Source: an uncultured Verrucomicrobiota bacterium (GTDB lineage: Bacteria > Verrucomicrobiota > Kiritimatiellia > RZYC01). From it: a stretch of 64,000 nucleotides of DNA. The stretch spans positions 28,952-92,951 of the forward strand of contig CAZISY010000002.1 in NCBI GenBank assembly GCA_964542025.1, written 5' to 3'. The notes under the pieces are model-generated. The model made no database searches, had not been told where the DNA came from, and saw nothing but the letters and a program-made list of their open reading frames with translations. Below, piece by piece: positions 18,749 to 30,862 of the stretch. A program made the position numbers and the translations under genes. How positions within the stretch are numbered: position 1 is the first letter of the stretch; the number at the start of each line of letters is the position of its first letter.

Positions 18749-20293
18749 TCACTCCCATTCAATGGTGCTGGGCGGTTTGGAGCTGATGTCGTAGACCACG
18801 CGGTTGATTCCGCGCACTTCGTTAATGATACGCGAGGCAATGGTGTCGAGCGTATCATAGGGCAGGCGGTACCAATCGGCGGTCATGCCGTCGATACTCT
18901 GCACGGCGCGGACGGCCACCACGTTTTCATAGGTTCGTCCATCGCCCATGACGCCCACGGTTTGGACGGGGAGCAGCACGGCGAACGCCTGCCAAATATC
19001 CAAATATTCATCCAGCTTGCGCAGTTCCTCCTGCACGCGCAAATCCGCCTGCTGAAGGAGGGCGACGCGTTCACGCGTGACTTCGCCCAGAATACGCACG
19101 GCCATGCCCGGTCCCGGGAACGGCATACGGTTGACCATGTCCTCGGGAAGTCCCAATTCACGGCCCAGGGCGCGGACTTCATCCTTGAAAAGTTCACGCA
19201 GCGGTTCGATGAGTTCAAACTTCAAATCTTTGGGAAGTCCGCCGACATTGTGATGACTCTTGATGGTAACGGATGGTCCGCCGATCGGGGAAACACTTTC
19301 AATCACATCGGGATAGAGCGTGCCCTGCGCCAGAAAGCGGATCTGGCCGAACGAGCGCGCCTCCCGCGAAAAAATATCAATGAAGGCCGAGCCTATGATT
19401 TTGCGTTTCTTTTCCGGATCGGTGACTCCGCGGAGCTGGTCCAGAAACACATCAGCGGCCCGCGCCACATGCAGGTCGATCCCGAACGTTTCGCCGAACA
19501 TGTGGCTGACCTGTTCGGCCTCGCCGTGCCGCAGCAGGCCGGTATCGACAAAAACGCAGTGCAGCTGCGGCCCAATGGCCCGGTGAAGCAGCGCGGCCAC
19601 GACGGAGGAATCGACGCCGCCGCTTAATCCGCAGAGTACCTGGTCGGAACCCACTCTGCGGCGAATCTGTTCGATGCTGTCCTGAACGAAACTCGACATG
19701 CGCCAGGTGTCTTTGCATCCGCAGACATCAAAGACAAACCGGCGAAGAATGTCCCTGCCGTGTTCGGTGTGTACCACTTCGGGATGGAACTGCAGACCGA
19801 ACAGATGGCGTTCCCTGTTTTCCATGGCGGCAACCGGGCAGGTCGGCGTTTGCGCAATAGCCGTGAAGCCGGCAGGCGCCTGTTCGATCTGATCACCGTG
19901 ACTCATCCAGACGTCCAGTTGCTCCGGGCAATCCGCAAAAAGAGACGTGTGATTTTTAATGGAAACGGTGGCGCCGCCGTACTCCCGGGAATGCCCCGGC
20001 GAAACACGGCCTTTCAGGCAGTAGGCCATCAGTTGCATGCCGTAGCAAATGCCCAGCAGCGGAATGGAAAGATCAAAAACCGCCGGATCACAATGCGGAG
20101 CCCCCTCGCCGAAAACGCTGGCCGGCCCGCCGGAAAGAATGATGCCTTTCGGAGCGCGTTCGCGGAGTACGGAAAGCGGGGTGTCAAAACGCAGAATTTC
20201 GCAATAGACTTTCTGTTCGCGGATGCGCCGCGCAATCAACTGCGTGTACTGCGAGCCGAAATCAAGAATCGCGATCCAATTCCCTGTGTTCAT
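18749..20293 (-). CDS. guaA: GMP synthase (glutamine-hydrolysing)
   Basis: A class-I glutamine amidotransferase domain ([18 protein letters not shown], catalytic GICYGMQ) is followed by an ATP-pyrophosphatase domain (SGGVDSSV) and the C-terminal dimerisation end TIEWE. The ORF's first 81 codons upstream of MNTGNW are judged non-coding. Confidence 0.9.
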   Translation of the reverse strand: MNTGNWIAILDFGSQYTQLIARRIREQKVYCEILRFDTPLSVLRERAPKGIILSGGPASVFGEGAPHCDPAVFDLSIPLLGICYGMQLMAYCLKGRVSPGHSREYGGATVSIKNHTSLFADCPEQLDVWMSHGDQIEQAPAGFTAIAQTPTCPVAAMENRERHLFGLQFHPEVVHTEHGRDILRRFVFDVCGCKDTWRMSSFVQDSIEQIRRRVGSDQVLCGLSGGVDSSVVAALLHRAIGPQLHCVFVDTGLLRHGEAEQVSHMFGETFGIDLHVARAADVFLDQLRGVTDPEKKRKIIGSAFIDIFSREARSFGQIRFLAQGTLYPDVIESVSPIGGPSVTIKSHHNVGGLPKDLKFELIEPLRELFKDEVRALGRELGLPEDMVNRMPFPGPGMAVRILGEVTRERVALLQQADLRVQEELRKLDEYLDIWQAFAVLLPVQTVGVMGDGRTYENVVAVRAVQSIDGMTADWYRLPYDTLDTIASRIINEVRGINRVVYDISSKPPSTIEWE

Positions 20294-20643
20294 GCGGAAA
20301 CCTTTCTTTACCTGTTGCACACTCCGTGGCGAGAGCGCGCATATTGCGTAACTGATCGTTTTTTGACGATAAAAAAACGCCGTGGACTCAAAAAATCCGG
20401 CGGGGCGGCCCGGGCGCCATCCGGGGTGGTTTTGGCGGGTGTTCGACGGGGCGGGTGCGTGGAATGCCATTCCCGCGCGGGCGAAGACGGTTTCCGCGGC
20501 GCCCCCCGCCAAAGAGGCCTCCGGCTTGCCTCCCAAATGGCCGTTTGGGGGCCGGAATTTGAGAAATAAAAAGCTCCTCTTGCATCAGCGGAGTCATGTT
20601 TCTATACTGCGGCCTTTTCAAACTCAGCCGACAAGGGGCAGCA

Positions 20644-20949
20644 ATGAACGGATCATTCAGAGAGAGTACGGAGCACATGGATGTGGCTTATGTGGCTCAA
20701 TTGGCGCGTCTTCATCTTACGCCGGAGGAGCAGGCTCTTTATCAGCGGCAATTGGAGCAGATTCTCGGCTATGTGGATGAATTGAAGGCGGTGGATGTCA
20801 GCGGGGTGGAGCCCATGTCGCATCCGATTCCGTTGTCCAATGTGTTGCGTGGTGATGAACAGCGGGAGGGGCTCGCGCGGGAAGAGGCGCTGGCCAATGC
20901 GCCCAGTGTTCGCAATCAGCAGTTTGTGGTACCCAAAATTATGGAATAA
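20644..20949 (+). CDS. gatC: Asp-tRNA(Asn)/Glu-tRNA(Gln) amidotransferase subunit C
   Basis: About 100 aa with [13 protein letters not shown] and [21 protein letters not shown], the canonical GatC. Immediately upstream of gatA. Confidence 0.8.
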   Translation: MNGSFRESTEHMDVAYVAQLARLHLTPEEQALYQRQLEQILGYVDELKAVDVSGVEPMSHPIPLSNVLRGDEQREGLAREEALANAPSVRNQQFVVPKIME

Positions 20950-20963
20950 GGCGGGAGCGGCCC

Positions 20964-22421
20964 ATGTCAGCATTGATCGAAAAAACCGTGGATGAACTTT
21001 CAACGCTTTTGGCGCAGCGGAGTTGCTGCGCCCGGGATATTGCGCGTGAACTTGTGCAGGAGATACGCCGCGCGGATCCTGTGATCGGGGCCTATGTCGC
21101 CCTGGATGAGGAGGACGTACTGGAGCAGGCCCGGTCTGCCGACGAGCGCCGGGCGCGCGGGGAAGGCTCGGCGCTGACGGGCATTCCGGTGGCCATGAAG
21201 GATTTGCTGAATGTGAAGGGGCAGACCTGTTCCTGCGGATCAAAAATTCTGCAGGGGTATCGTTCACCGTATGATGCCACGGCAGTGGCCAGACTGCGTG
21301 AGGCCGGAGTGGTCTTTGCCGGTCGGGTGAATATGGATGAATTTGCGATGGGATCCTCCACAGAAAATTCCGCGCTGCAGATTACGCGGAATCCGTGGAA
21401 TACGGAGTGTGTGCCGGGCGGTTCCAGCGGCGGCTCGGCGGCGGCGGTGGCGGCCCGGATCGCGGTTGCTTCCATCGGTTCGGACACGGGCGGATCCGTG
21501 CGGCAGCCGGCGTCTTTTTGCGGATGCGTCGGATTGAAGCCGACGTACGGGCGCATTTCCCGGTACGGGCTGACGGCGTATGCGAGTTCGCTCGATCAGA
21601 TCGGGCCGATCACGCGTACGGTGAAAGATGCGGCGCTGCTGCTCGGGGCGATGGCCGGTCATGACCCGATGGATTCCACATCGTGTCCTTCGCCGGTGCC
21701 GGATTACACGGCGGCCCTGACCGGATCCATTCGCGGGATGAGACTGGGCGTGCCGAAAGAGTATTTTGTGAAGGGGATTGATCCCGACGTGGAAGCGTGT
21801 GTGCAGGCCGCCATCAGGCAATGCGGGCAGTTGGGAGCGGAGGTGGTGGAAGTCAGCCTGCCTCATACGGCCTATGCCACGGCCACCTATTATATTTTGG
21901 CCACGGCGGAGGCGTCCACCAACCTGGCGCGGTACGACGGGGTGCGTTACGGGCAGCGCGTGGACGGGGCGGATCCGACGACCATGTATATGAACACGCG
22001 CGCGGCCGGGTTCGGCAGTGAGGTGAAACGCCGTATTATTTTGGGTACCTACGCGCTCAGCAGCGGCTACTATGATGCGTACTATCTGCGCGCTCAGAAG
22101 GTGCGGACGCTGATCGCGCGCGACTTTGAGCAGGCGTTTAAACAATGCGACGCGATTGTTTCGCCGGTCAGCCCGACGGCGGCGTATCCGTTGGGCAGTT
22201 GCTCGGATGATCCGCTGAAGATGTATTTGGGCGATATTTTCACCGTCACGGCGAATCTGGCGGGGTTGTGCGGCATGTCGGTGCCGTGCGGATTCACGCC
22301 GTCCGGGTTGCCGGTCGGCCTTCAGATTCTGGGTGGCCCGTTCTGTGAGGAAACGATTTTGAAAATCGGCTATGCCTACGAAAAATCCACCGCATGGCAT
22401 ACGCGCAAACCGACCATTTAA
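20964..22421 (+). CDS. gatA: Glutamyl-tRNA(Gln) amidotransferase subunit A
   Basis: 485 aa with the amidase signature [13 protein letters not shown] and a Ser-cisSer-Lys triad context. Confidence 0.9.
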   Translation: MSALIEKTVDELSTLLAQRSCCARDIARELVQEIRRADPVIGAYVALDEEDVLEQARSADERRARGEGSALTGIPVAMKDLLNVKGQTCSCGSKILQGYRSPYDATAVARLREAGVVFAGRVNMDEFAMGSSTENSALQITRNPWNTECVPGGSSGGSAAAVAARIAVASIGSDTGGSVRQPASFCGCVGLKPTYGRISRYGLTAYASSLDQIGPITRTVKDAALLLGAMAGHDPMDSTSCPSPVPDYTAALTGSIRGMRLGVPKEYFVKGIDPDVEACVQAAIRQCGQLGAEVVEVSLPHTAYATATYYILATAEASTNLARYDGVRYGQRVDGADPTTMYMNTRAAGFGSEVKRRIILGTYALSSGYYDAYYLRAQKVRTLIARDFEQAFKQCDAIVSPVSPTAAYPLGSCSDDPLKMYLGDIFTVTANLAGLCGMSVPCGFTPSGLPVGLQILGGPFCEETILKIGYAYEKSTAWHTRKPTI

Positions 22422-22455
22422 CGGGCGAACATTAAAGAAGCGGCAGGTAACGGAA

Positions 22456-23889
22456 ATGAGCATGAACTACAAAGTAACCATCGGACTGGAAACGCACATT
22501 CAGCTGAAGACGAACAGCAAAGTGTTTTGTTCCTGCGCGAATCAGTACGGCGCCGAGCCCAACACTCATATTTGCCCGGTATGCCTGGGATTGCCCGGCG
22601 CCATGCCGGTGCTCAATGAGGAGGCCGTGCGTAAAACGGTGATGGCGGGCCTGATGATCGGTTCGCGGATCGGCACCTTCTGCAAGTTTGACCGGAAAAG
22701 CTATTTTTATCCGGACATGCCGAAGAATTATCAAATCACCCAGTATGACCGGCCGTTTTGCATCGGCGGGCAGGTGGAAATTGAGGTGGGCGGGTGCAAG
22801 AAAACCATTCGCGTGAATCGAATCCATTTGGAGGAGGACGTGGCCAAGAACACGCATGCGTCCGCCTCAAGCGAAATTGATTTTAACCGGGCGGGCACCC
22901 CGCTGATGGAAATTGTATCCGAGCCGGACATGGAATCGCCGGAAGAAGCGTTTGCCTATCTGCAGGCTTTGAAGCAGATCATGGTGTATGGAGGCATCAG
23001 TGCCTGCAATTTGGAAGAAGGCAACATGCGGTGCGATGTGAACATCAGTTTGCGTCCGGAGGGGCAGGAAAAGCTGGGCGTAAAGGCCGAGATTAAAAAC
23101 ATGAACACCTTTAAGGGCGTTCATCAGGCACTGCTGGCGGAAATACGGCGGCAGGAATCCATTTTGGAAAGCGGGGGGGCCGTGCGGCAGGAAACGCTGC
23201 GCTTTGATCCGGACGCGGGGATTACGGTGCCGATGCGTTCCAAAGAGTACGCGCATGATTACCGCTATTTTCCGGAGCCGGATCTGATGCCGGTGGAACT
23301 GGATGCCGAACTCATTGAATCCTGGCGGAAACAGCTGCCTGAGCTTCCGCAGCAGCGACGGGCGCGTTTTATTGAGCAGTACGGTTTGCCGGAATATGAC
23401 GCTGCGGTGCTGACGGCGGATAAATTGGTGGCCGATTATTATGAGGCCGTTACCGCGGGCACGAAAAGCGGCAAGGCGGCTTCGAACTGGGTAATGACGG
23501 AAGTGATGCGCGTTCTTTCGGAGCGGGAGTGGTCGATTGCGCAGTTTCCGATCTCCGCCGCATCACTGGCGGCGCTGATTACGCTGACGGAGAACAAGGT
23601 CATCAACAGCAATTCGGCCAAGGAAGTGTTTGCCATCATGCTGGCCGAGGGCGGAGGCGACCCGAAGGCGATTGTGGAGAAGCGGGGGATGGCGCAAGTC
23701 AGCGATTCTTCCGCCATTGAGGCGCTGGCCAATCAGGTGATTGCTGAAAATCCGAAATCGGTGGAGGATTTTAAAAACGGGAAGAAGGCGGCCCTGCAGC
23801 ATATGGTTGGTCAAATTATGAAGCTGAGCCGCGGGAAGGCGAATCCCCAGATGGCCGCGCAAATTCTTCAGGCACGCATTGGCGGGTAG
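22456..23889 (+). CDS. gatB: Asp-tRNA(Asn)/Glu-tRNA(Gln) amidotransferase subunit B
   Basis: N-terminus MNYKVTIGLETHIQL, a central GatB domain and a C-terminal YqeY-like domain. Confidence 0.9.
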   Translation: MSMNYKVTIGLETHIQLKTNSKVFCSCANQYGAEPNTHICPVCLGLPGAMPVLNEEAVRKTVMAGLMIGSRIGTFCKFDRKSYFYPDMPKNYQITQYDRPFCIGGQVEIEVGGCKKTIRVNRIHLEEDVAKNTHASASSEIDFNRAGTPLMEIVSEPDMESPEEAFAYLQALKQIMVYGGISACNLEEGNMRCDVNISLRPEGQEKLGVKAEIKNMNTFKGVHQALLAEIRRQESILESGGAVRQETLRFDPDAGITVPMRSKEYAHDYRYFPEPDLMPVELDAELIESWRKQLPELPQQRRARFIEQYGLPEYDAAVLTADKLVADYYEAVTAGTKSGKAASNWVMTEVMRVLSEREWSIAQFPISAASLAALITLTENKVINSNSAKEVFAIMLAEGGGDPKAIVEKRGMAQVSDSSAIEALANQVIAENPKSVEDFKNGKKAALQHMVGQIMKLSRGKANPQMAAQILQARIGG

Positions 23890-23959
23890 GGCACTGAGCA
23901 GGACTGTTTGGGACGCGCGCGAAGTGAGTGGGGAAACCCCGGCTTCGGAATGATCCGCG

Positions 23960-25444
23960 TTATGGATGGGGTACGTTCAGAAACTTGCCCACGGCATCGA
24001 CCAGTTCCGTTTGGCGGACCGGCTTTGGCAGCAGGGCATGATGGCTTCCGTTTCCGATGATATTCGTGATCTTTTCGGTGGGCACAAATCCGGTGCAGAA
24101 AATAATGTGAGGCATTTGCCAGTGATTGCGCTCGCAGTAGGAGCGGATTTCATCGTAGGCCTGTTCGCCGTTCACGATGGGCATCAGGGAATCCATGATG
24201 ATCACGCCGTGATGGCCCTCAAAAAACTTTTCCAGCGCCTGGCGTCCATCCGCCGCGCATTCGACATGAATATCGCTGAAGGACAGCTGGAGGAACTGTA
24301 CGAAAATATCCCGGATGAGTTTTTCATCTTCCGCCACGAGGATGGAGCGGGGGGTGAAGGGTTTTTGATTATCCAGCGGGAGCTTGAGGTCATAGCGGAC
24401 GGAGCCGTCTTCGCCGATAATTTTCCGCAGATCTTCTCCCATGTGGAGTTTTTTCACGATGTCGATCAGGCGGGAGATTTCCCGCTTGTATTCGTTCAGC
24501 TTGTCCTTCTCCGCCATGCTGAGCAGGGATTGGAGGGGGTTGTTAAATTCATACCCGAGCGTGGTCATGGTCTGAAGGCGCGTTTTCACTTCCGCGGATT
24601 CCAGTTCGCGCTTGGCGTTCAGTTCTTTCAGGACGGACATCTGTTTTTGCTGGGTGATGTCTTCCACAATGAAAACCATCCCGGTCACGTTATCCTGTGC
24701 GTCGCGGTTGAGCGCGCCGGTGATTTTGATATGCAGGTGTTCCGGGGGATCGGACGTCACCACGGAAAATTCGGTGGCATACGCCTGCTGTTCGTTGATT
24801 TTCGACATGATGCCGGAAATCAGCGATTCATCGGAGAAAAAGGCCTGGAGGCGGTTCCCGGTGACATCCTGTTTGGCGTCGCCGCCGATCAGCTGCATAA
24901 AGCGTGAATTGGAAAAGAGGATGATGCCCTCCATATCCGTTACCAGGATACCGTTGGCGGCATTTTCAAAGGCATGTTTGAGGGTCAACAGGTAGTTGGC
25001 GGTTTGCTTGCGCTGGGTGATGTCGCGCACAAAAAAGCAGGGGCCGTTGGACGGCGGCATGCGTTCGATGCCGACGGCGATTTCAGCCTGAAAGGAGGAG
25101 CGGTCGCCCCGGACGCATTTTCCCTCCAGCAGCGTGTGTTTTTCCTTGTCGATATTTTTGCAGATCATCTTCAGCAAATCTTCATTGGTGCCGGCGATGA
25201 TGTTTGTGATGTTCAGTTCGCGCAGTTCATTGGCGGTGTAGGCGAACATTTGCTGCGCCTGGGCGTTGACATCCATGATCCAGCCCTGGTCATCGGTGAT
25301 GATGGCGGCATCGTAAATGCTGTTGAACAGGGCGGCAAAGGGCGTCTCGTTATTGTAGGGCTTTCCCACGACGATACGGGGCGCCTTTTTGATGACGATG
25401 GCTTTGGGATAGGCCGATGAGGAAAATGATTTGGAGCCGCTCAT
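23960..25444 (-). CDS. PAS/PAS sensor protein with a degenerate HisKA-like dimerisation segment and a C-terminal receiver domain
   Basis: Two or three PAS folds are followed by ...LGYEFNNPLQSL, which is HisKA-like but has Tyr in place of the phospho-His. There is no HATPase domain. The C-terminal REC has ILVAEDE and IIMDSLMP. Confidence 0.65.
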   Translation of the reverse strand: MSGSKSFSSSAYPKAIVIKKAPRIVVGKPYNNETPFAALFNSIYDAAIITDDQGWIMDVNAQAQQMFAYTANELRELNITNIIAGTNEDLLKMICKNIDKEKHTLLEGKCVRGDRSSFQAEIAVGIERMPPSNGPCFFVRDITQRKQTANYLLTLKHAFENAANGILVTDMEGIILFSNSRFMQLIGGDAKQDVTGNRLQAFFSDESLISGIMSKINEQQAYATEFSVVTSDPPEHLHIKITGALNRDAQDNVTGMVFIVEDITQQKQMSVLKELNAKRELESAEVKTRLQTMTTLGYEFNNPLQSLLSMAEKDKLNEYKREISRLIDIVKKLHMGEDLRKIIGEDGSVRYDLKLPLDNQKPFTPRSILVAEDEKLIRDIFVQFLQLSFSDIHVECAADGRQALEKFFEGHHGVIIMDSLMPIVNGEQAYDEIRSYCERNHWQMPHIIFCTGFVPTEKITNIIGNGSHHALLPKPVRQTELVDAVGKFLNVPHP

Positions 25445-25575
25445 GAATGAAATCCCGGTTACTTAATGTTTTTGACACCACACAATGGACCGCTATATTA
25501 CCTGCGCTTTTGAAGAAATCAACCGGCAATATCCGTGAGAAAAGAAATGCGGCTGTTGTACTAATTGAGGATGCC

Positions 25576-26547
25576 ATGAAACTTCTAGTAACGGGCGGGG
25601 CAGGATACATCGGCAGCGTGACGAGCGAACTGCTGCTGGACGGCGGACATCAGGTGGTTATTTTTGATAATCTCGGGCGCGGGCATCGCAAAGCCATCGA
25701 TGAACGGGCTGAATTGATCATCGGTGATCTGGGCAACCGCGCTGATATCCGAAAAGCCATGCTGGATGTGCGGCCGGATGCCGTGTTGCATTTCGCGGCC
25801 TATGCCCTGGTGGGCGAGTCCATGGAAAGCCCGGAAATGTATTTTGACAACAATCTGATCGGCGGCATTCATTTAGCCGATGCGATGATTGAAGCCGGTG
25901 TGAAGAAAATCATATTTTCGTCCACCTGCGCCACGTACGGCCAGCCGGAAGTCATGCCCATGACGGAGGATATGCCGCAGCGCCCGCAGAATCCCTACGG
26001 TGAATCGAAGCTCATGCTGGAGCGCGTACTCCTGTGGTATCAGCAGCTGCACGGCCTTTGCCCCGTCTTCCTCCGTTACTTCAATGCCTGCGGCGCGACG
26101 GAAAAATTCGGAGAAGACCATGAGCCGGAGACGCATTTGATTCCGCTGATTTTTCAGGTTCCGCTGAAGAAACGCAAAAAGGTGTTTATCTTCGGTGATG
26201 ATTATGACACGCCCGACGGCACCTGCATCCGGGATTATATTCACATTTCGGACCTGGCGCAGGCGCATATTCTGGCGCTGAAAGAGGGGATTTCGGGCGC
26301 TTTCAATTTGGGGAATGGTGGCGGTTACTCTGTTAAAGAGGTGATTGAGGTGGCCCGCAGGGTTTGCGGTCATCCCATACCGGCCGAGGTGGCTCCGCGT
26401 CGGCCCGGCGATCCGGCCCGTCTGATTGCTTCGGCGGAGAAGGCCCATCGGGTGCTGGGATGGCAGCCGAAGCATCCCGATATTGAAACGATCGTGTCGC
26501 ACGCCTGGCGCTGGCATCAGGCTCATCCAAACGGCTACGAAGATTAA
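25576..26547 (+). CDS. galE: UDP-glucose 4-epimerase
   Basis: MKLLVTGGAGYIGS NAD-binding motif, YxxxK (YGESKLM) and GalE-specific length (323 aa). The ORF-track N-terminal extension is rejected. Confidence 0.85.
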   Translation: MKLLVTGGAGYIGSVTSELLLDGGHQVVIFDNLGRGHRKAIDERAELIIGDLGNRADIRKAMLDVRPDAVLHFAAYALVGESMESPEMYFDNNLIGGIHLADAMIEAGVKKIIFSSTCATYGQPEVMPMTEDMPQRPQNPYGESKLMLERVLLWYQQLHGLCPVFLRYFNACGATEKFGEDHEPETHLIPLIFQVPLKKRKKVFIFGDDYDTPDGTCIRDYIHISDLAQAHILALKEGISGAFNLGNGGGYSVKEVIEVARRVCGHPIPAEVAPRRPGDPARLIASAEKAHRVLGWQPKHPDIETIVSHAWRWHQAHPNGYED

Positions 26548-28242
<1,695 letters not shown>

Positions 28243-28268
28243 CGCGGTCAAACACTGCACGGAGTCTT

Positions 28269-28844
28269 ATGAAAAGCGAAGAAGCCCTGTCGATATTTCG
28301 TGAAACGGGAGCCCTCCTGAAGGGGCATTTTGAATTGCGGTCCAAGCTGCACAGCGGCGAATTTTTTCAGTGCGCGCATGTGCTGAAGTATCCGCGGCAT
28401 GCGGAGACGCTTTGTCGGGCGCTGGTGGAAAAAATGCGTGCCGCGCTGCCGGATTTAACGGTGGGTGGGGTCATTTCTCCGGCGATGGGAGGCATTCCCG
28501 TGGGGCATGAAGTGGCCCGTGCACTGGGCGTGCTTCATATCTTTGCCGAAAAGCAGGACGGCGTACTGGTGTTGCGGCGCGGCTTTCGGATTCAGCCGGG
28601 CGGCAGGTACGTGGTGGCCGAAGATGTGGTGACCCGCGGCGGGCGTGTACAGGAGACGATGGATATTGTCACCGGGAACGGCGGGATCGTTTCCGCCGTT
28701 GGGGTGCTGGTGGACCGCAGTGGCGGGGCCGCTTCATTTGCGGCGCCGTTTTTCAGTTTGATCCAAATGAGCCCGGTCACCTGGACGGCGGCGGAATGTC
28801 CGCTGTGCAAACAGGGCCTGCCGATTGAGCATCCGGGCAGTTAA
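28269..28844 (+). CDS. pyrE: Orotate phosphoribosyltransferase (type I PRTase)
   Basis: 191 aa. A PRPP-binding loop (VVAEDVVTRGG) and the N-terminal GHFELRSKLHS seen in the short PyrE subfamily. Confidence 0.65.
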   Translation: MKSEEALSIFRETGALLKGHFELRSKLHSGEFFQCAHVLKYPRHAETLCRALVEKMRAALPDLTVGGVISPAMGGIPVGHEVARALGVLHIFAEKQDGVLVLRRGFRIQPGGRYVVAEDVVTRGGRVQETMDIVTGNGGIVSAVGVLVDRSGGAASFAAPFFSLIQMSPVTWTAAECPLCKQGLPIEHPGS

Positions 28845-28934
28845 CAGGCGGCTTCGGGTATGGATCCGCTGCCGTGCAACGTACTTTGGGCGCACGCCTA
28901 AGGCAGGAGTAAACACAGTTACAAGGGGTCGGAT

Positions 28935-30803
28935 ATGTGCGGCATTTGCGGATTCAATTGGAAGGATGAGGCCCTGGTGCGGCGGATGGCGGCAACGATT
29001 GTCCACCGCGGGCCGGATCAGGAAGGCGTGTTCTGCTGTGATGCCTGGAGCTTTGGGCATCGGCGTCTCAGCATCATCGACTTGAGCGAACACGGACGTC
29101 AGCCGATGGGCAACGAAGACGGTTCAGTGCAGATCGTTTTCAACGGCGAGATCTACAATTTTCAGGAACTGCGGACGGATTTGATTTCCAAGGGGCATGT
29201 GTTCCGCAGCCACAGCGATACCGAAGTAATCGTACACGGCTACGAACAGTACGGAGAAGAAATCGTCACGCGGTTGCGCGGCATCTTTGCGTTTGCACTC
29301 TGGGATGCGCGTACTCAAACGTTTTTTATGGCGCGGGACCATGTGGGCGTGAAGCCGCTGTATTATTATGATCGCGAGGGGCATTTTGTTTTCGGGTCGG
29401 AAATCAAATCCATACTGGAGGCCCCGTGTGTGCCCCGCGCCCTGAACCGGCAGGCGCTCTTTGCCTACATTGGGTGTGAATTTGTTCCGGCGCCGGACAC
29501 CATGTTCCGCCATATCCAGAAACTTCCAGCCGGGCATTACCTCCTGATGCAAAATGGACAGACAAAAATTCAGGAGTACTGGGATCTGCGTTTTCCGGAA
29601 GAGCCGGCGCCCATGATTCGTGAAGAGGACGCCGTGGAGAGCATCCGGGAACTGATTGATGATGCGGTGCGCAGTCAGCTTGTTTCGGATGTTCCGCTGG
29701 GCGCCTTTTTGTCCGGCGGGTTGGATTCCAGCACCATCGTCGCCATGATGCGCAGGCATATCAGCGGGCCGCTCCGCACATTCACCATCGGCTATTCGGA
29801 TAAAAGTTTCAGTGAGATCGAGTATGCGAAGTTGGTTGCCGATCAGTTCGGTACGGAACACCATGTGCTGATGATTGAAGAAATGACCGAAGAGCTGATT
29901 GAAAAATCGCTTTGGCATTTTGACGAGCCGATGACCGATCTTTCGTCCATTCCGCTGATGCTGATCTGCCGGGAGGCGAAGAAGGACATAACGGTATGTT
30001 TGAGCGGTGAGGGCGGCGATGAAGTGTTTGTGGGATATGACCGCTTTAAAGCCAGCAAAATCAACAGCTGGTACAGCCGGCTTCCGAAACCGCTGCGGCA
30101 GCCTTTTATTGCCGGTTTGACGGGGATGCTTCCAGACCGGCCGAAGAAAAAAGGCGCCATCAATATGCTGAAGCGCTTCATTGAGGGGTCGTGTCTGCCG
30201 GAAGAGGGTCATCATCTCCGCTGGCAGTATTTTTCCAATGCCCGGCAGGATGCGTCGCTATTCAACGAGGCGTTCCGAAGCGAAGTCAATTTGGATCCGT
30301 TTGCGCGCCTGCATGAATATGATTTAAAGTGCATCACGCGCGACCGGGTGAATCGCGAAGCCTATCTGGACACCCGCTATCAAATGACAGACAGTGTTCT
30401 GATGAAGGTGGATCGCATGAGTATGGCGCATTCGCTGGAGGTGCGTGTGCCGCTGCTGGATACCCGTCTCCTGGAGTATCTGGCGCTGCTGCCCGGCGAC
30501 TGGAAACTCCGGGGGATGAAAACAAAGTACATTTTCCGCAAGGCGCTTGAAGGAATACTTCCTGATTCTATTATTTACCGCGGCAAGCAGGGATACAGCC
30601 TGCCGGTTAAGAATTTTCTGCGTACTCAACTCAGGGATTTCATGATTACGCTGCTCAATGAGTCACCGGTGATTCGCGAGAACATGAATCTACCCTATGT
30701 GAATCAACTCATTGACGAACACCTGGCAATGAAACATAATCACAATCATGTGCTGTGGGGGTTAATCCATACCGCGATCTGGCACCGGCGGTTTATGGAA
30801 TAA
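28935..30803 (+). CDS. Asparagine synthase (glutamine-hydrolysing) family amidotransferase, long AsnB-like form
   Basis: An N-terminal MCGI Ntn glutamine amidotransferase domain is followed by an ATP-pyrophosphatase domain (SGGLDSS). The 622-aa length is typical of glycan- or uronate-amidating AsnB paralogs. Confidence 0.8.
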   Translation: MCGICGFNWKDEALVRRMAATIVHRGPDQEGVFCCDAWSFGHRRLSIIDLSEHGRQPMGNEDGSVQIVFNGEIYNFQELRTDLISKGHVFRSHSDTEVIVHGYEQYGEEIVTRLRGIFAFALWDARTQTFFMARDHVGVKPLYYYDREGHFVFGSEIKSILEAPCVPRALNRQALFAYIGCEFVPAPDTMFRHIQKLPAGHYLLMQNGQTKIQEYWDLRFPEEPAPMIREEDAVESIRELIDDAVRSQLVSDVPLGAFLSGGLDSSTIVAMMRRHISGPLRTFTIGYSDKSFSEIEYAKLVADQFGTEHHVLMIEEMTEELIEKSLWHFDEPMTDLSSIPLMLICREAKKDITVCLSGEGGDEVFVGYDRFKASKINSWYSRLPKPLRQPFIAGLTGMLPDRPKKKGAINMLKRFIEGSCLPEEGHHLRWQYFSNARQDASLFNEAFRSEVNLDPFARLHEYDLKCITRDRVNREAYLDTRYQMTDSVLMKVDRMSMAHSLEVRVPLLDTRLLEYLALLPGDWKLRGMKTKYIFRKALEGILPDSIIYRGKQGYSLPVKNFLRTQLRDFMITLLNESPVIRENMNLPYVNQLIDEHLAMKHNHNHVLWGLIHTAIWHRRFME

Positions 30804-30862
30804 TTCGCGCGGCCGGCAGATGAGCATGCAGCGTAAAGAAGCAGAATCAGAAACGGAACATC

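Noticed and set aside
20294-20536. 81-codon N-terminal extension of the guaA ORF
   Set aside because: GuaA homology begins exactly at the internal Met ([16 protein letters not shown]). The extension is Pro/Gly/Arg-rich, and it is more likely part of the 350-bp divergent promoter region shared with gatC.
25447-25575. 43-codon upstream extension of galE
   Set aside because: The GalE Rossmann motif starts 3 residues after the internal Met (MKLLVTGGAGYIGS). Choosing 25447 would put 43 residues before the Rossmann motif, whereas GalE normally begins there.
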